From: the human T2T-CHM13v2.0 reference genome, Homo sapiens
DNA length: 64,000 nt
NCBI RefSeq assembly: GCF_009914755.1
Contig: NC_060928.1
Reading direction: 5' to 3' (one strand)
Shown here: piece after piece, positions 1-13,945 of the stretch
How the letters are laid out: each line of letters begins with the position of its first letter
Numbering within the stretch: position 1 is the first letter of the stretch
Notes under the pieces: model-generated
Databases searched by the model: none
What the model was told of the DNA's origin: nothing
The model's input: the letters and a program-made list of their open reading frames with translations, nothing else
Made by a program: the position numbers and the translations under genes

Positions 1-115
1 ATATTTAGTATAAAAATACAAAAGATCTCAATAAATTTTCATTTATTACACATTAAAATGATATTTTTATATATTCAGTTAAATAAAACATATTTTAAAA
101 ATTAATTTTACTTAT
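1..115. mobile_element. MER33/MER3-like hAT-Charlie MITE fragment
   Basis: AT-rich motif ...gttaaataaaacatattttaaaaattaatttta resembles the MER3/MER33 core; truncated by the window edge and the adjacent L1. Confidence 0.45.
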
Positions 116-2528
116 TTTTTTAAATTTTAAGTTCCAGGGTACATGTGCAGAACATACAGGTTTTTTAAATAGGTATATATGTGTCATGCTAGTTTGCTGA
201 ACCTATCAAACCATTATCTAGGTTTAAGCCCCAAAATCATTATGTATTTGTCCTAATGTTCTCCCTCCCCTTGCCCCCACCCCTTGATAGGCCTCAGTGT
301 GTGTTGTTCCCCTCCCTGTGTCCATCTGTTCTCAATGTTCAACTCCAACTTATGAGTGGAACATGTGGTGTTTGGTTTTCTGCTCCTGCGTTAGTTTGAT
401 GGGGATGATGGCTTCCAGCTTCATCCATGTTCCTGCAAAGGACATGATCTCATTCATTTTTATGGCTGCATAGTATTCCATGGTGTATATGTGCCACATT
501 TTCTTTATCCAGTCTAACATTGATGGACATTTGGGAAGGTTCCATGTCTTTGCTATTGTGAATAGTGCCACAATAAACATACGTGTGCATGTGTCTTTAT
601 AGTAGAATCATTTATAATATTCGGGTATATACCCAGTAATGGGATTTCTGGGTCAAATGGCATTTCTGGTTTTAGATCCTTGAGGAATCACCACACTGTC
701 TTCCACAATGGTTGAACTGATTTACATTCCCACCAACAGTGTAAAAGTGTTTCTATTTCTCCACAGCATCAAAAGCATCTATTGTTTCCTGACTTTTCAA
801 TAATTGCCATTCTGACTGGCTTGAGATGGTATCTCATTGTGGTTTTGATTTGCATTTCTGTAATGACCAGTGCTGACAAGCCTTTTTTTCATATGTGTGT
901 TGGCCGCACAAACGTCTTCTTTTGAGAAATGCCTGTTTATATCCTTTGCCCACTTTTTGATGGGGTTCTTTGTTTTTTTTTCTTGTAAATTTGTTTAAAT
1001 TCCTTGTAGATTCCAGACATTAGACCTTTGTCAGATGGGTAGATTGCAAAAATTTTCTCCCATTCTCTAGGTTGCCTGTTCACTCTGATGATAGTTTCTT
1101 TTGCCATGCAGAAGCTCTGTAGTTTAATTAGATCCTATTTGTCAATTTTGGCTATTGCTGCAATTGCTTTTGGTGTTTTAGTCATGAAGTCCTTGCCCAT
1201 GCTTATGTCCTGAATGGTATTGCCTAGGTTTTCTTCTAGGGTTTTTATGGTTTGGGGTTATACATTTAGGTCTTTAATCTATCTTGAGTGAATCTTTGTA
1301 TAAGATGTAAGGAAGGGGTCCAGTTTCTGTTTTCTGCATATAGCTACCCAGTTTTCACAGCACCATTTATTCAATAGGGAATCCTGTCCCCATTGCTTGT
1401 TTTTGTCAACTTTGTCAAAGATCAGATGGTTATAGATGTGTAGTGTTATTTCTGAGGTCTCTGTTCTGTTCCATTGGTCTATATATCTGTTTTGGTACCA
1501 GTACCATGCTGCTTTGGTTACTGTAGCCTTGTAGTATAGTTTGAAGTCAGGTAGCGTGATGCCTCCAGCTTTGTTCTATTTGCTTAGGATTGTCTTGGCT
1601 ATATGGGCTCTCTTTTGGTTCCATATGAAATTTAAAGTAGTTTTTTCTATTTCTATGAAGACTGTCAATGGTAGCTTGATGAGAATAGCATTGAATCTAT
1701 AAATTACTTTGGGTAGTATGGCTATTTTCATGATATTGATTCTTCCTATCCATGAGGATGGAATGTTTTTCCATTTGTTTGTGTCCTCTCTTATTTCCTT
1801 GAGCAGTGGTTTGTAGTTCTCCTTGAAGAGGTCCTTCACGTCCCTTATAAGTTTTATTCCTAGGTATTTTATTTTCTTTGTAGCAATTGTGAATGGGAGT
1901 TCATTCATGATTTGGTTGCTTGTCTATTGTTGGTGTATAGGAATGCTTGTGATTTTTGCACATTGATTTTGTATTCTGAGACTGCTGAATTTGCTTATCA
2001 GCTTAAAGAGATTTGGGGCTGAGAAGATGGGGTTTTCTAAATATACTATCATGTCATCTGCAAACAGAGACAATTTGACTTCTTCTTTTCTTATTTGAAT
2101 ACATTTTATTTATTTCTCTTGCCTGATTGCCCTGGCCAGAACTTCCAATACTATGTTGAACATCAGTGGTGAGAGAAGGCATCCTGGTCCCTTGCCGGTT
2201 TTCAAAGGGAATGCTTCCAGCTTTTGCCCATTCAGTGTGATACTGGCTATGGGTTTGTCTTAAATAGCTCTTGTTATTTTGAGATATGGTCCATCAAGAC
2301 CTAGTTTATTGAGAGTTTTTAACATGAAGAGATGATGAATTTTATTGAAGGCATTTTCTGCATCTATTGAAATAATCATGTGGTTTATGTCATTAGTTGT
2401 CTTTATGTGATGGATTACACCTATTGATTTGCATATGTTGAACCAGCCTTGCATCCCAGGGATTAAGCTGACTTGATTGTGGTGGGTAAGCTTTCTGATG
2501 TGCTGTTGGATTCAGTTTCGAGTATTTT
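116..2528 (-). mobile_element. 5'-truncated L1 (L1PA8-PA11-like): 3' UTR plus 3' half of ORF2
   Basis: Poly-T tail, L1 3' UTR, and broken ORF2 ORFs 350-580, 1576-1908, 2260-2454 (e.g. [17 protein letters not shown]); no clear TSD. Confidence 0.95.
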
Positions 2529-3384
2529 CCCCTAGTTCCTGTGGATGCGTATTAGCTAGATAGAGCAGTTTTTTTCTTGAGTAATTCTTTTTATCTCATA
2601 GCAGAGTAATACTTCCCTACTCCGCCCATGTTGAATCTTGACTCTTATTATTAATCTAAGCAATGAGGAGAGGCAGGGGGCCTCTTGTGAATGACAACAA
2701 GCATCCTGCAAAATATCTACATTATGTCCTCTGTAAGTGGTTTCTAGGCAATGAAAGGCTATTATCTTCTAACATGGGGGAGAGAGCATAATTTCCTCTA
2801 GCCCAGAGGCATAAAAGAATCTAAGTCATCAAATTCTCAAGTCCTTGGCCATGCAAATGTGCTTATCTCAGATCTCAAGATTCTATTCCTTATAGGAGAG
2901 TTTCCAGAGCTATGAGTTCAACTTCCTTTGTAACTTCTCCATCCTTATCATCAAGTGTTGGGCCTGGTTCTTAGCACAGTCTGTTGTCTGGCTCCTGGAG
3001 AAGTGGTTCCTAAAGACTGTCTGAAGAACTTCTGGCTCTCACACCACCTCTGAAGGCACTATTTGGCTGACAAGAACCTGTTATTTTCTTCCTCCTCCAG
3101 GACTTCTATGACCATTAATGATAGCCATCCAACTAGACAGTTTTTATGAATAGAATTGGTCCTACATATTTCAAGTATAGAGTTATTGCATGAACCACTA
3201 CATATCCTTTCCACTTGCATCTCACCCCAATCCACCAGAGGGAACAGTGTTAGTATTTGTGATATTACAACTTTTCAAGAGGTCTTACCAGCTCACATCC
3301 TCAGAAATGAATTTCTTTGCCTCTAGTTGCTAGGTTAGTGATCTAATCCGGGGTCTGCTTCCTAGTACTCCATTTCTAGTACAA

Positions 3385-3465
3385 ACTGTCTAATTTAGAT
3401 TCTTCCAGGGTCAACCCTGAGATAAGGATTTGAATGTATGTAATTAATGTGAGAGATGATCCTAA
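3385..3465. mobile_element. ancient MaLR/ERVL LTR fragment
   Basis: accctgagataaggatttgaatgtatgtaattaatgtgagagatgatcc resembles old MLT1/LTR16-type ends. Confidence 0.35.
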
Positions 3466-4394
3466 AATGACCATTTGGGGATATAAACTAAGACACTCAT
3501 CTTTGTGCGATGACTATAGATGAGTCTAGATGGTCTGGGCCTTATTTTCTCTGCTAACCCAACACTGCCTTCGGGACTGGACATAGTGCTGAATAGGCAG
3601 ACCACACACATGCTTAGGACATGGCAAGGTAGGGACACACAAAAACAAAGTTCATCCTCAATAATTTTATCAGAAAAAAAATGTAAAGAAAATCTCTTTT
3701 ATTTTCAGTAATCATGTAAATTCTGTGCTATATGCTGCCGTAAATTGTTTATTATACACTGCTGTTTTATTTTTAAATAACTTGGGTGTGGGAAGCACAA
3801 ATATTTTCAGTGCTTTAGGTATCTAAAAACATCTTAACCTCAGACACCCACTGCTGACATATTCTGCCTACTCATTGAAGCCAGAAAATCAGATCCTACC
3901 CTGCTGGGCTCCTGGCTAGTCTTTTCATTAACAATTTTAGCACCAGCATTGAGTCAACTCTAACCTGACTTCAAGCAAGCTCTCCTCTGAATATCATAGC
4001 TGGTTTCCTACTAGTCTGCTCTTGAGTGTCCTCAGCCAGCCAAACGTACCCAGGCTCAGGTCCAATAAGCTGCTCTCCTTCCAGAGATCTCCTTTCCCTG
4101 ACCTTGTGCATTTCCCAAAACAGGAAATTCCCATCTCTCATTTTCCTTTTAATCAGGGAGATTTATGACCAAAAAGAGGGAGACAGAGAGAAGATACACA
4201 TATTTTTAGAGAGAACTTCAGTCAAAATAATTATCACATTAATTTTTACCCCTCCCTTTCTCTCCCCCGCAATTTAAAAATCACTTCTAGGGGAAATCAT
4301 CCTGAAGACTAGTAATATAATTTTAATTAACTATGTGATTTACTGCTAAGTGTCTGGATTTCATCATGGAGAAATTTTTTAATTAGAGAAATGA

Positions 4395-4560
4395 ATGACA
4401 TACTGTACTAAGTGCTTAACAGAGATCATGTCATTCAATCTTGACTATAATCATTGCTATAAATACTATTTTTGTCCTTGTTTTAGTGATGAGAAAACTG
4501 AAGCTTAAGAAATTTACATTTGGATCTAATGGGAATACTTGCTCTTAACCACTGTGCTGA
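4395..4560 (-). mobile_element. MIR
   Basis: Degenerate core gatgagaaaactgaagcttaaga and gctcttaaccactgtgctg. Confidence 0.7.
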
Positions 4561-6496
4561 GTCTCATAGGAAATATTAAATAAATATTTGTTGAATGAAG
4601 TGAAATGTGGAAAGAACAAGAAAGAGAAAATGAGAAGAAAAAAAGCTGGAGGAATTCTCTTGAGTGGTTTGGATCCATTCCATTCTCCACTTTGGAAAAT
4701 TCTATGACAGCTTCCAAAAGAAGAACTTCGATATTATTCCCTCTTGCCACTCTGACCTCAAATACTCCTTGTAAACCTAGGCCTAGACACAAGTGCATAG
4801 GTAGAAAAACATGTACACATTTCACACTCGTAAAAAGTTCCAGTTGAGTAAGTAAAAATCAGGTTGATTCTGTGAAATAGAGCTGAAGCCACCACTTCAC
4901 TGCTCCACCATTTTCTCTGCTCTCCTTCAGTTTGGATTCATCTTCAGGCCTTACCTCTGAGCCCAAAGTCCCTGCTTCTCAGACTAAACATGCTGATTGC
5001 CAATCAAAACAAACATCTTTACTGACAACCAAGTTTTGCCTGGATAATTCTCTCCTTAAAAAAAAAAAAATTAAAAAGATACAAAGCATGCTGTGTCCCC
5101 AAAGGAATTCTTTCCTTCTCTGCTATTTTTTCATGTCAAGGACAGAATCGGATGATATGTGATAGCTGGTTGTGCTCTGACTCAAGCACTTAACAGGGAT
5201 AACAGGGATGTCTGCATGGCCTAAATTTAAGAAGAAAAACTTTCAAATTAGAATAAAAATCAAAGTTAAAATTCTGCTTCAACTTTTTGCTGACCTGTCT
5301 TTCAAAAGAACTGCTAGAGAACAAGTATTTTGTTGCTCTCTAGTCACGTGGATCTGAAATTACTAACAGATACATAACTCCAGACTTGATCTCATTTCTT
5401 GCCTGGCTTTGCTTTTAACTCTGTACATCCATGCTGAGGATTCAAGCTGCTTCCCCAGTTCATAACAAGCTCTTTTCAGAGACAAGTCTCCCAGCTTCCA
5501 GTTGCCTGTATTAATGAGAAGCATGAGTTTCAAATCAAAGCTTCAAAAGAATAATTTTCTTGGAACATTATCCTGTAATGGGTTTCTAATACAGCCTTCC
5601 TCTGGGGTATCTCTATAGAAAGTAGTTAATCTGGTGAGAGAAATACCCAGGGTCTTGGTAAAAAGAGGGCAAAGGAGACTAAAGGTGGGCTGGATTTGGT
5701 ATTGCCCTCATGCCGGCTGGTGGGGGAAGGGAGAATGGAATCCTGGGTGTGCTAAGACACATACGGGTCTGATTCTAAAGGCAGGAGTTTAATCTCACTC
5801 ACCTTTGGAAAACTAAGCTAGTGCCTTAGTGACTTAAGTTCCCTGATGTATGAGGGTATGACCAGTTCAATATGATTCCACATAGCTCGAGCAACATGAA
5901 CCCTAAGTAAACACTCCAAAACCACAATTGATTGGAACTCAGAGAAGGAGATGCTCTAGGTCATTGAATTTTCTGGTCAACTCAGAAGTGAAGAAGAGAA
6001 AAAATCCTTCCTATTTCAATCTTCAGGACCTAAAATGTTTATAAATATATTAGTCTATTTTTCGGATTTATTCAGTACAGCATGGAGAATATAATTTAAT
6101 TTCTATTTGATGGTTCAGATATCTAAGGTCCCTAAGGTCATACTTTTGGAGATCAGTTACTTTGATCCCATAACCATGAAGTCAGAGGTTAAGAAATAGA
6201 GGCAGAGCTGCACTGATGTTAGGTTATAATCTATAAGAGTTTAGTATAAATTCATCACTGACATTTATTGTCCTATTGTTTATCTATTTCTTATAAAATT
6301 CAAAGGTTAAAAGAATTCTGATTAATGGGTGATTCTGATTGTTTGAGAATTTGCATGATTACTCTAGTTCTCTGTAGCTTTTGCTGTGAGGGAGGAGACT
6401 TTTCATCTTGAGCTAAAAAAGAGCCTATTTCTAATTGGCTTCATGGTTCACATAGTTCCATAACTATCACAAAACCCATTAAAATGTAAAGGGACT

Positions 6497-6855
<359 letters not shown>

Positions 6856-9518
6856 CTAATGTTCTTGTCACTGTTGTTGCTGCTGTTTTTGTTGTTGTTT
6901 TGGTAAAAAGAAGGCTGCTCTTACACAGTGGGAGTACCACTTAAATGCAAAGGACATCAAACGTACTTTCAGCTTCAGTTCAAGAGGAAAAGACCATTTT
7001 AGTAATCTCAAGATTAAGTTTTTTTACTGAAATCCTCCAGAACTGCACAGCCCTTGGGTAATTAAAGATAAATCAGGCCCAAGTCATGCACAGTGAGACC
7101 AAGAATGAGCAAAACTAACCACAGCAATAGTGACTTCAAGTGCCAGCAGGCACAGAAAGGCCTTACACCAGCAGTTTCTTATGCCCCTATTCTCCAAAGG
7201 TTGTGTTTTTCCTGGCAAAAGAGGAGGAGAGGAGGTGCATTTCCTAAGTTGTCAATGGCTGTATGCTTCCTGAGTGAGAAGAGCCCTACTGAACTCACAG
7301 GGCCCCCCTCCTTTCCGTCAGCTCCATATTTGCCAGCAAGCTAATGTTTATGGCTTCTCATGTTTGCTAACAAATATCCTCACTGTCAGCAATTCCAACT
7401 TGACGTATTCCTCCCTGATGATTGTCTAGAATTCTGTGCCAGGCAGGAGGGTTAGGGAAAAAAGGAGGGGCATGGAAAACTGCAAGGGAAGAAAGGGAAG
7501 GAGAAAAAGGGCACCAAGCAAGGAGAAGCCTGTCATGCACAATCAAACAATTGATTCATGTCAACTATTCTAAACCTATGCTCCTTTCCCAGCCTTTCCT
7601 ACCTATTTTGTATTAGAGTTTCGCCAAGTACAAGGCCAAAAAGAAATTGTTGCCATTTGATTCTGTCCATATGCCATCCACAAAGTCTTTAAGTAATACC
7701 TGCTTATTTGTCTGATATAAACATTATGTGCAAGTAATGCTCTTCTACTTAAGAGTAAGATTAATAATAAGTAAATTTAATTTTTGACCTAATGCTCTAA
7801 TTAATTTCGATGTGTACCCACAAGGACCTAAACTTTCAGCAGGTCAATAAAGTGATCCCTCTGTCTAAAAGTTGAAAGTCTTTTTGATTTCTAGATCTTA
7901 TCCAAGTAGTCAGCTACTTAGGACTTTATTGACAGAACCTTGGAAAGTCAAGGAAGGAGGAGATGCAGCCAAGACAGAAATGTAGAGTTTCAGACATTCT
8001 GTGTATACTAATAGTGATACTTAAACCACTAAGATTTCCATTCCATTGATACTAATGTATTTCAGATTGCTCCATGGTGCTGCTAATCAAAGCCAGCAAG
8101 TACTCACCAAGACAAGCCAAAGGCGGAAATGACCTCCCTATACCCACGTCAGTATGTCAAGAGGGTGGTAAATAGTCAGAATGAATAAACACATAGTTGC
8201 TGATGCTTTAATCCCATGATTAGAAAAATATACAGTTAAATGCCAGACAGAAATTTACAGCGTATTTGTTAAATACCGTCCAAATATGCCCTAAAATCAG
8301 ATTCAGATATGAATAGTGGGATTCCTGAGTTCAGTGTGCCACTGCTGTTGATCCTTTTCAAACATTTGCTTAGTCAGAAATGGTTAAATGAAGAGTCTTA
8401 AGCAGTAGATTTCTTAGAAATAAAGAATAACTATCCTTCAATGACAGGAATGGAATTAAAAGATGAGTACAAAATGAGCACCTTTGAAAAGAGAAGGAGA
8501 TTGATACTCTTTCAAGCTATGGTAAACTGCAATCAAATTTATAATTAAAATATAAGTAAAACTAGATTTGAGAAACAATACACCTATACTTTTAATTTGT
8601 GAAAAAAAGAATAGTTGAGGCTAAGTCAAAAGAAACTTTTTAAAACTACTTTATAAAATTGAAGCATTGGACTAGATATCTGAATGTATTTTTAAAACAT
8701 AGTTCTAAGAGAACTTCTGTAAGAAACAGAATAAGATCTATAGATGAATATCATTTATGTAAATGTAAAAGACAAATACATAGAAACAAAGCAGTAATAA
8801 GCATTTAATAAGAGTATAATCAAAGCAGAAAACTATACAGTGAACACATTAGAATAGCTACCTATGGGAGTAGGTGGGACAAGTATAAGTGGAGAATGCA
8901 GATAAAGAGAATAAATTTTTAGAAAATAAACCTTACATAAATCCATGACGGCACTATCCATGAGCTAAGAAATATGATTATATCAACCTTCTGTACCCCG
9001 GTCCAAAAAATTATAACAATCAACAAAGCTTATGTGTGAATCTGACAAAGTTAAAAACTCCAGGCACAATAAGAAAAATAATGGTTAATTAGTTCAATAT
9101 GAAATGCAATTATATCAGTCCAATAATTACTATGTCTGTCTGTGGTTCAGGACCCTAAGGAGTTTGTTGGAAAACTGCTCTCTTTTCATGATTTCTCTCA
9201 TTGATTTTAATCCAAAAATGAGCAATTAAAATCAAATTGGCTTTCATCTCTTGCAGTGCACAACCATCTCCAGGTATATGTGTAAAGAACGGTATAGATT
9301 TGAAATAGTAAGAATAGGTGATGAATTGGATATGAAGTAAAGGGTGAACTTAAGGAAAACACACAGGTTTCTAACTAGGGAAGTGAGTGGACAACATGCT
9401 ACTGGCTGAGAAGAGAAATATTGGTGCAAGAGGGAGTGGTATGAATTAAACATCTCTGTATTTGGTGCATTAGTGACTTTTACATGGCCACTTCACATAG
9501 CTTCTCCCAATGCATGAC

Positions 9519-9536
9519 AAAGGTCAAGTCAGGTCA
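9519..9536 (+). promoter_or_regulatory. candidate nuclear-receptor element: perfect DR4 overlapping an NBRE
   Basis: AGGTCA-agtc-AGGTCA at 9521-9536 and AAAGGTCA at 9519-9526; motif match only, function untested. Confidence 0.3.
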
Positions 9537-9739
9537 AGTATTTCTACAAGGATCCAAAAAGCTGTCTGATGATCTGATTTGATCTAGGGACAAAACTAGA
9601 ATACTTAAAACATCCTCTCTGAATACTATTTCTCACAACTGAGGTTTCAATGAGCAAAGAGCAGCAGAAAATTCGAGGCCGTATTATTTAACTAGCCTCT
9701 TAAAAGTCAGTCATCAATGTTAGACAACCATCTAAGTAC

Positions 9740-10324
9740 CGGGAGGCACCAATGCATATCCCACTCCACCTTCTCTTTTATAGTGTGATATCACCACTTC
9801 TCCATCAAGAAGTGTGGTCTGTACTCCCTCACTTTGAACCTGCCAGACCTTCATAATGGCATCAACCAATAGATTATGTTGAAAGGGACACTGATTTACC
9901 AGGCATGGTCATGAAGGATGATATGGTTTCCATTTTCTTTCTGTCTCCTATGACACACACCTTGAGATCTCAGAGCCAACATCTACCAAGTCCCCCTGTC
10001 ATGAAGCTCCCATACTGGAAAAATAGCATGAAGCAACCACATAGATAGAGAAATATGTAGGGAGGCTCCGATATTCCAGCCCCAAGCTGTTGGAGTCCTT
10101 AGCCCTCACAACCTAATCTGTAAGTGAAGAAGTTTTAGTGAGGTCCTTGGGTCTTGAAACAAGCTTATTTCAAGACATGAGAGACCCAAGTCAAAACTGG
10201 CTGGTTCAGCCTTTCCTGAATTCTTGACCAAAGAAGCCACCTGAGATTTTTAAAAATCATTTGTATTGTTTTAAATCACTAAAGTTTGTAGAGACCTGTT
10301 ATACAGCAATAGATAACTGATACA
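9740..10324 (+). mobile_element. MLT1 (F/G/H-like) MaLR solo LTR
   Basis: ccatcaagaagtgtggtctgtactccc near the 5' end; typical 3' end gttatacagcaatagataactgataca. Confidence 0.85.
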
Positions 10325-11214
10325 GCCATCTTTCATGAAAATCAAAGGACTTAACCAGGATGTTACACAATGTAACAAATATCGAGCGTTCAAGAAATGC
10401 CAATATTGACACATAGAATGTTATCCTAACTAAAACAAAGAGAATGGAAAAAGAATCAGGAAAAAAATATTTAATTTTTATCTCAATCCTCAAAAAGCAC
10501 TATATTTAAATCAACCACTTTAGAATGAAAATACTGGCAGAAATTCAACATAACTCATTATGTCTCCTGAGGCATCATTACAGAGTGTTTTCCTTTTTTA
10601 GAAAAATCACACTTAAACACTTTCTCTCTTACAAACTGTTAAGAAGTATCACTGTTACTATTTCATGATGAAGTAAGAGGTCTCAGCATGTGTGTGGTTA
10701 GTTGTGGGTGGGATTGGAGTGGGAAGTCCTTCTCCAAATATACACCATCATGACCATCCAAAGCATTTCTCACAAAAACTAGTTCTATTACAACATGGTG
10801 GGTGCCATATTTTGGCTCGCTCACTGCCAAACACATAACCTGCCAGCAGTCCATAAAGCATTACTCTAGTCCATAAACTCTAAGAGACTTTTTAAAATAT
10901 TTGGCATAAGTTGTTTAAATATGAATTCTAACTGTCTGAAGCATAATTTCCCTGAAGCTAAGAAATGCCTAGAGCATAATTTCCCTGAGCTAAATTTTAA
11001 ACTACATTTCCCTAAGGCTCGGTAACATTGCATGCAACACTGTTGTTTGAGTCCTGGAAATACCCTTTAAAGATTCAACAGTAGACTCAAATTCCTGGCT
11101 GTATATCCCTAGGCTAAATCAAGATAAATAAATGGACAGAGTTTTTCCCAGCAATGGTGGGAAGTGAGAAAAACTTAGCTGGAATAAAGAACTAGGCAGA
11201 GATTGACTCTAGTT

Positions 11215-11547
11215 CAGGGGTCCCCAAATCCCAGACCACAGACCAGTACCAGTCCGTGGCCTGTTAGGAACTGGGCCACACAGCAGGAGGTGAGTGGTGG
11301 GCAATCAAGCATTACCACCTAAGCTCTGCCTCTTGTCAGATCAGCAGTGGCATTACATTCTCATAGGAGTGCAAATCTTATTGTGAACTGCACATTCGAG
11401 GGATCCAGGTTGCATGCTCCTATGAGAATCTAATGCCGACGATCTGAGGTGAAACAGTTTCATCCAGAAACCACACCCACCCCTCCATCCATGAAAAATT
11501 GTCTTTCATGAAATGGTCCCTGGTGCCAAAAATGTTGGGGACCACTG
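11215..11547 (+). mobile_element. MER1B hAT-Charlie MITE, complete
   Basis: TIRs caggggtcccc / ggggaccactg and perfect 8-bp TSD ctctagtt (11207-11214, 11548-11555). Confidence 0.95.
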
Positions 11548-11929
11548 CTCTAGTTCATCTACCAACTTGGAAAATGATGACTATCACAACAAGAACAGGA
11601 TTCTCAATCATTCTACCCCTGAATTATCTTTAAAAATACCATGAATGGCCCCTGAAATGGTCATCCATATCTCTCAGCTTGAACTATAATTTATGTGGGG
11701 GAAAGTCTCCCAAATACATGCCTCCACCACTCCTCTGCAGCCCACCATAAATCCCCCACCCCAGTTCTACACCCTACTCTTCTTACCCGTCCATATTTCA
11801 CTGGAAACTTTTACCTCTAACTTCTTTCCAATGTTCCCCTTTTATGTGTTCATATGGCCATCTAAAATTCATGGGAAATTGAATCAAGGTGCAAACATTT
11901 ACCTAGACACAAAATATTCCAGAAAGACA

Positions 11930-12360
11930 GGTGAATGCACTTAAATTTCAACATGTCTAAATCCCACTCATTCTCATTCTCATTTTCTCTCCCCAAAATG
12001 TACCTCCTGACTTTTCTGTTAATATTAATCATACCACATATCTAGCCTCTCAAGCTAAAAAAGTACAACTGAATTTCTCCTTTCAGTCCTATAGGGGAAA
12101 ACCAAAATAAAACAAGTCTCATTAACTATTTCTTTACACTCTTTTTTTGCATCTTCCCTTCTTTTCCATTTTCACTCACATTCCACCAGTTCAGACATTT
12201 ACCTTCTCATGTCTGGACTATTTCAGTGCCATCTAAGCTAGCTTCCTAAATCACTTCATATGCCTTGTCCCTCCCTCATTTGAAATCTTTAATGGATCTC
12301 TGTTGCTTTCAAATTACATTTCAAATCCCTTTGGTAGGCATATGTGTCTCTATCTGCTTT
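11930..12360 (+). mobile_element. L2 fragment
   Basis: cacttaaatttcaacatgtctaaa and tctcatgtctggactatttcagt motifs typical of the L2 3' region. Confidence 0.6.
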
Positions 12361-12955
12361 CTACCTCCCTTTCAATCTATGACCATGCCAAGTGGAAATG
12401 GAACTCACACACTGCTGCTAGAAATGTAGAATTATGCAACCACTTAGAAAAACAGTTTGGCATTTAAAAAAAATCAGACATTCTCATACCATATGATTTA
12501 GCCATTCTATTCCTAGGTGTTTACTCAAGAGAAGTGAAAGAGTAGGTCCATACAAAGATTTGTATCTGAACACTTATAGTAGCTTTATTTCTAATGGCCA
12601 AAAACTGGAAGCTACCTAAATGTCCATCAACAGGTGAATGGACTGGAATACCACTTAGCAACAAAAAGAATGAAAGAATGAACTATAAATGCATACTGCA
12701 ACATAGATGAACCTCAGAATAATTATCCTGAGTCAAAGAAGCCAGACAACATATGTATAAAGTTCTAGAAAATACATACTAATATATAGTGACAGAAGTA
12801 AATACTTACAATGCTGTTAATTTATTAAAAAGAAATAAAGCATACTAATGGTTGCCTGGGAACCAGAAAGTAAAAAAGTAGAAGGGCTGGAAAAGAAGAA
12901 TTACAAAGACACTCAAACTTTTTTTATTGATACAAAATATTGCATTTATTATGGA

Positions 12956-13383
12956 TGATACAGTTTGGATGCTTGTTCCCTCCAAATCTCATGTTGAAAT
13001 GTAATCCCCAATGTTGAAGGTGGGGCCTGGTGGAAGGTGTTTTGATCACGGGGGCAGATCCCTCACGAATGGCTTAGTGCCATCTTCTTGGTAATCAGTG
13101 AGTTCTCGCTCTGAGTTCATGTGAGATCTGGTTGTTTAAAAGAGTGTGACGCATTCCCCCCACCCCACCCCCGCACCACTCTTGCTTCCTCTCGCACCAT
13201 GTGATGTGCCAGTTCACCCTTCACCTTCGCCATGATTGGAAGTTTCCCGAGGCCCTCACCAGAAGCAGATGCCAGCACTATGCTTCCCATACAGCCTGCA
13301 GAACCATAAACCAATCAAATCTCTTTTCTTTATAAATTACTGAGTCTCAGGGATTTTTTTATAGTGATGCAAAAACTAATACA
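12956..13383 (+). mobile_element. MST (MSTA/MSTB-like) MaLR solo LTR
   Basis: TG...CA termini (tgatacagtttggatg...actaataca) and typical MST body. Confidence 0.93.
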
Positions 13384-13495
13384 TCTGTCTTTGTGTGACT
13401 GGCTTATTTCACTTAACTTAATGACTCCAGTTCCATCCATGTTGCTGCAAATGGCATGATTTTATTCTTTTTTATTGTAGAATAGTATTTCATTG

Positions 13496-13535
<40 letters not shown>

Positions 13536-13560
13536 TATATATATACACATATATATATAT
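13496..13560. repeat. (TA)n(CA)n microsatellite
   Basis: Seen directly. Confidence 0.95.
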
Positions 13561-13945
13561 CACATTTCCTATATCCATTTGTCCATCAATAAGCACTTAA
13601 GTTAATTCCATATCTTTGCTATTGTAAATAGTGCTGTGATAAACATGCTGGTTCAAGTATTCCTTTGACATATCGATTTCTTAGCCTTTGGATAAACGCA
13701 CAGTAGTGGGATTATTGGATCATATGGCGTGAGCCACTGTGCCTAGCCAGAGCCCACTTTTTAATGAGATTATTTGGTTTCATTATTGAGTTATTTGAGT
13801 TTCTTGTACATTACGGATATTAGTAACTTGTCAGATGAATAGTTTGCAAATATTTTGTCAAAGAAACTTTTGACAATGATGGATGTGTTTATTATCTTGA
13901 TAGTGGTGATAATTTCACAGTTATGCACATATATCAAAACTTATC

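Larger units (their letters stand above)
12919..13857 (-). mobile_element. L1MA-type 3' fragment inserted in the L1M host and interrupted by an MST LTR
   Basis: Poly-T then tattgatacaaaatat 3' terminus; resumes at 13384 ggcttatttcacttaac; ends gtttgcaaatatttt; aaactttt on both sides. Confidence 0.8.

Noticed and set aside
7620-7660. KYKAK-encoding stretch reminiscent of ribosomal protein L8
   Set aside because: Similarity is limited to about 30 nt and does not extend; not a processed pseudogene.
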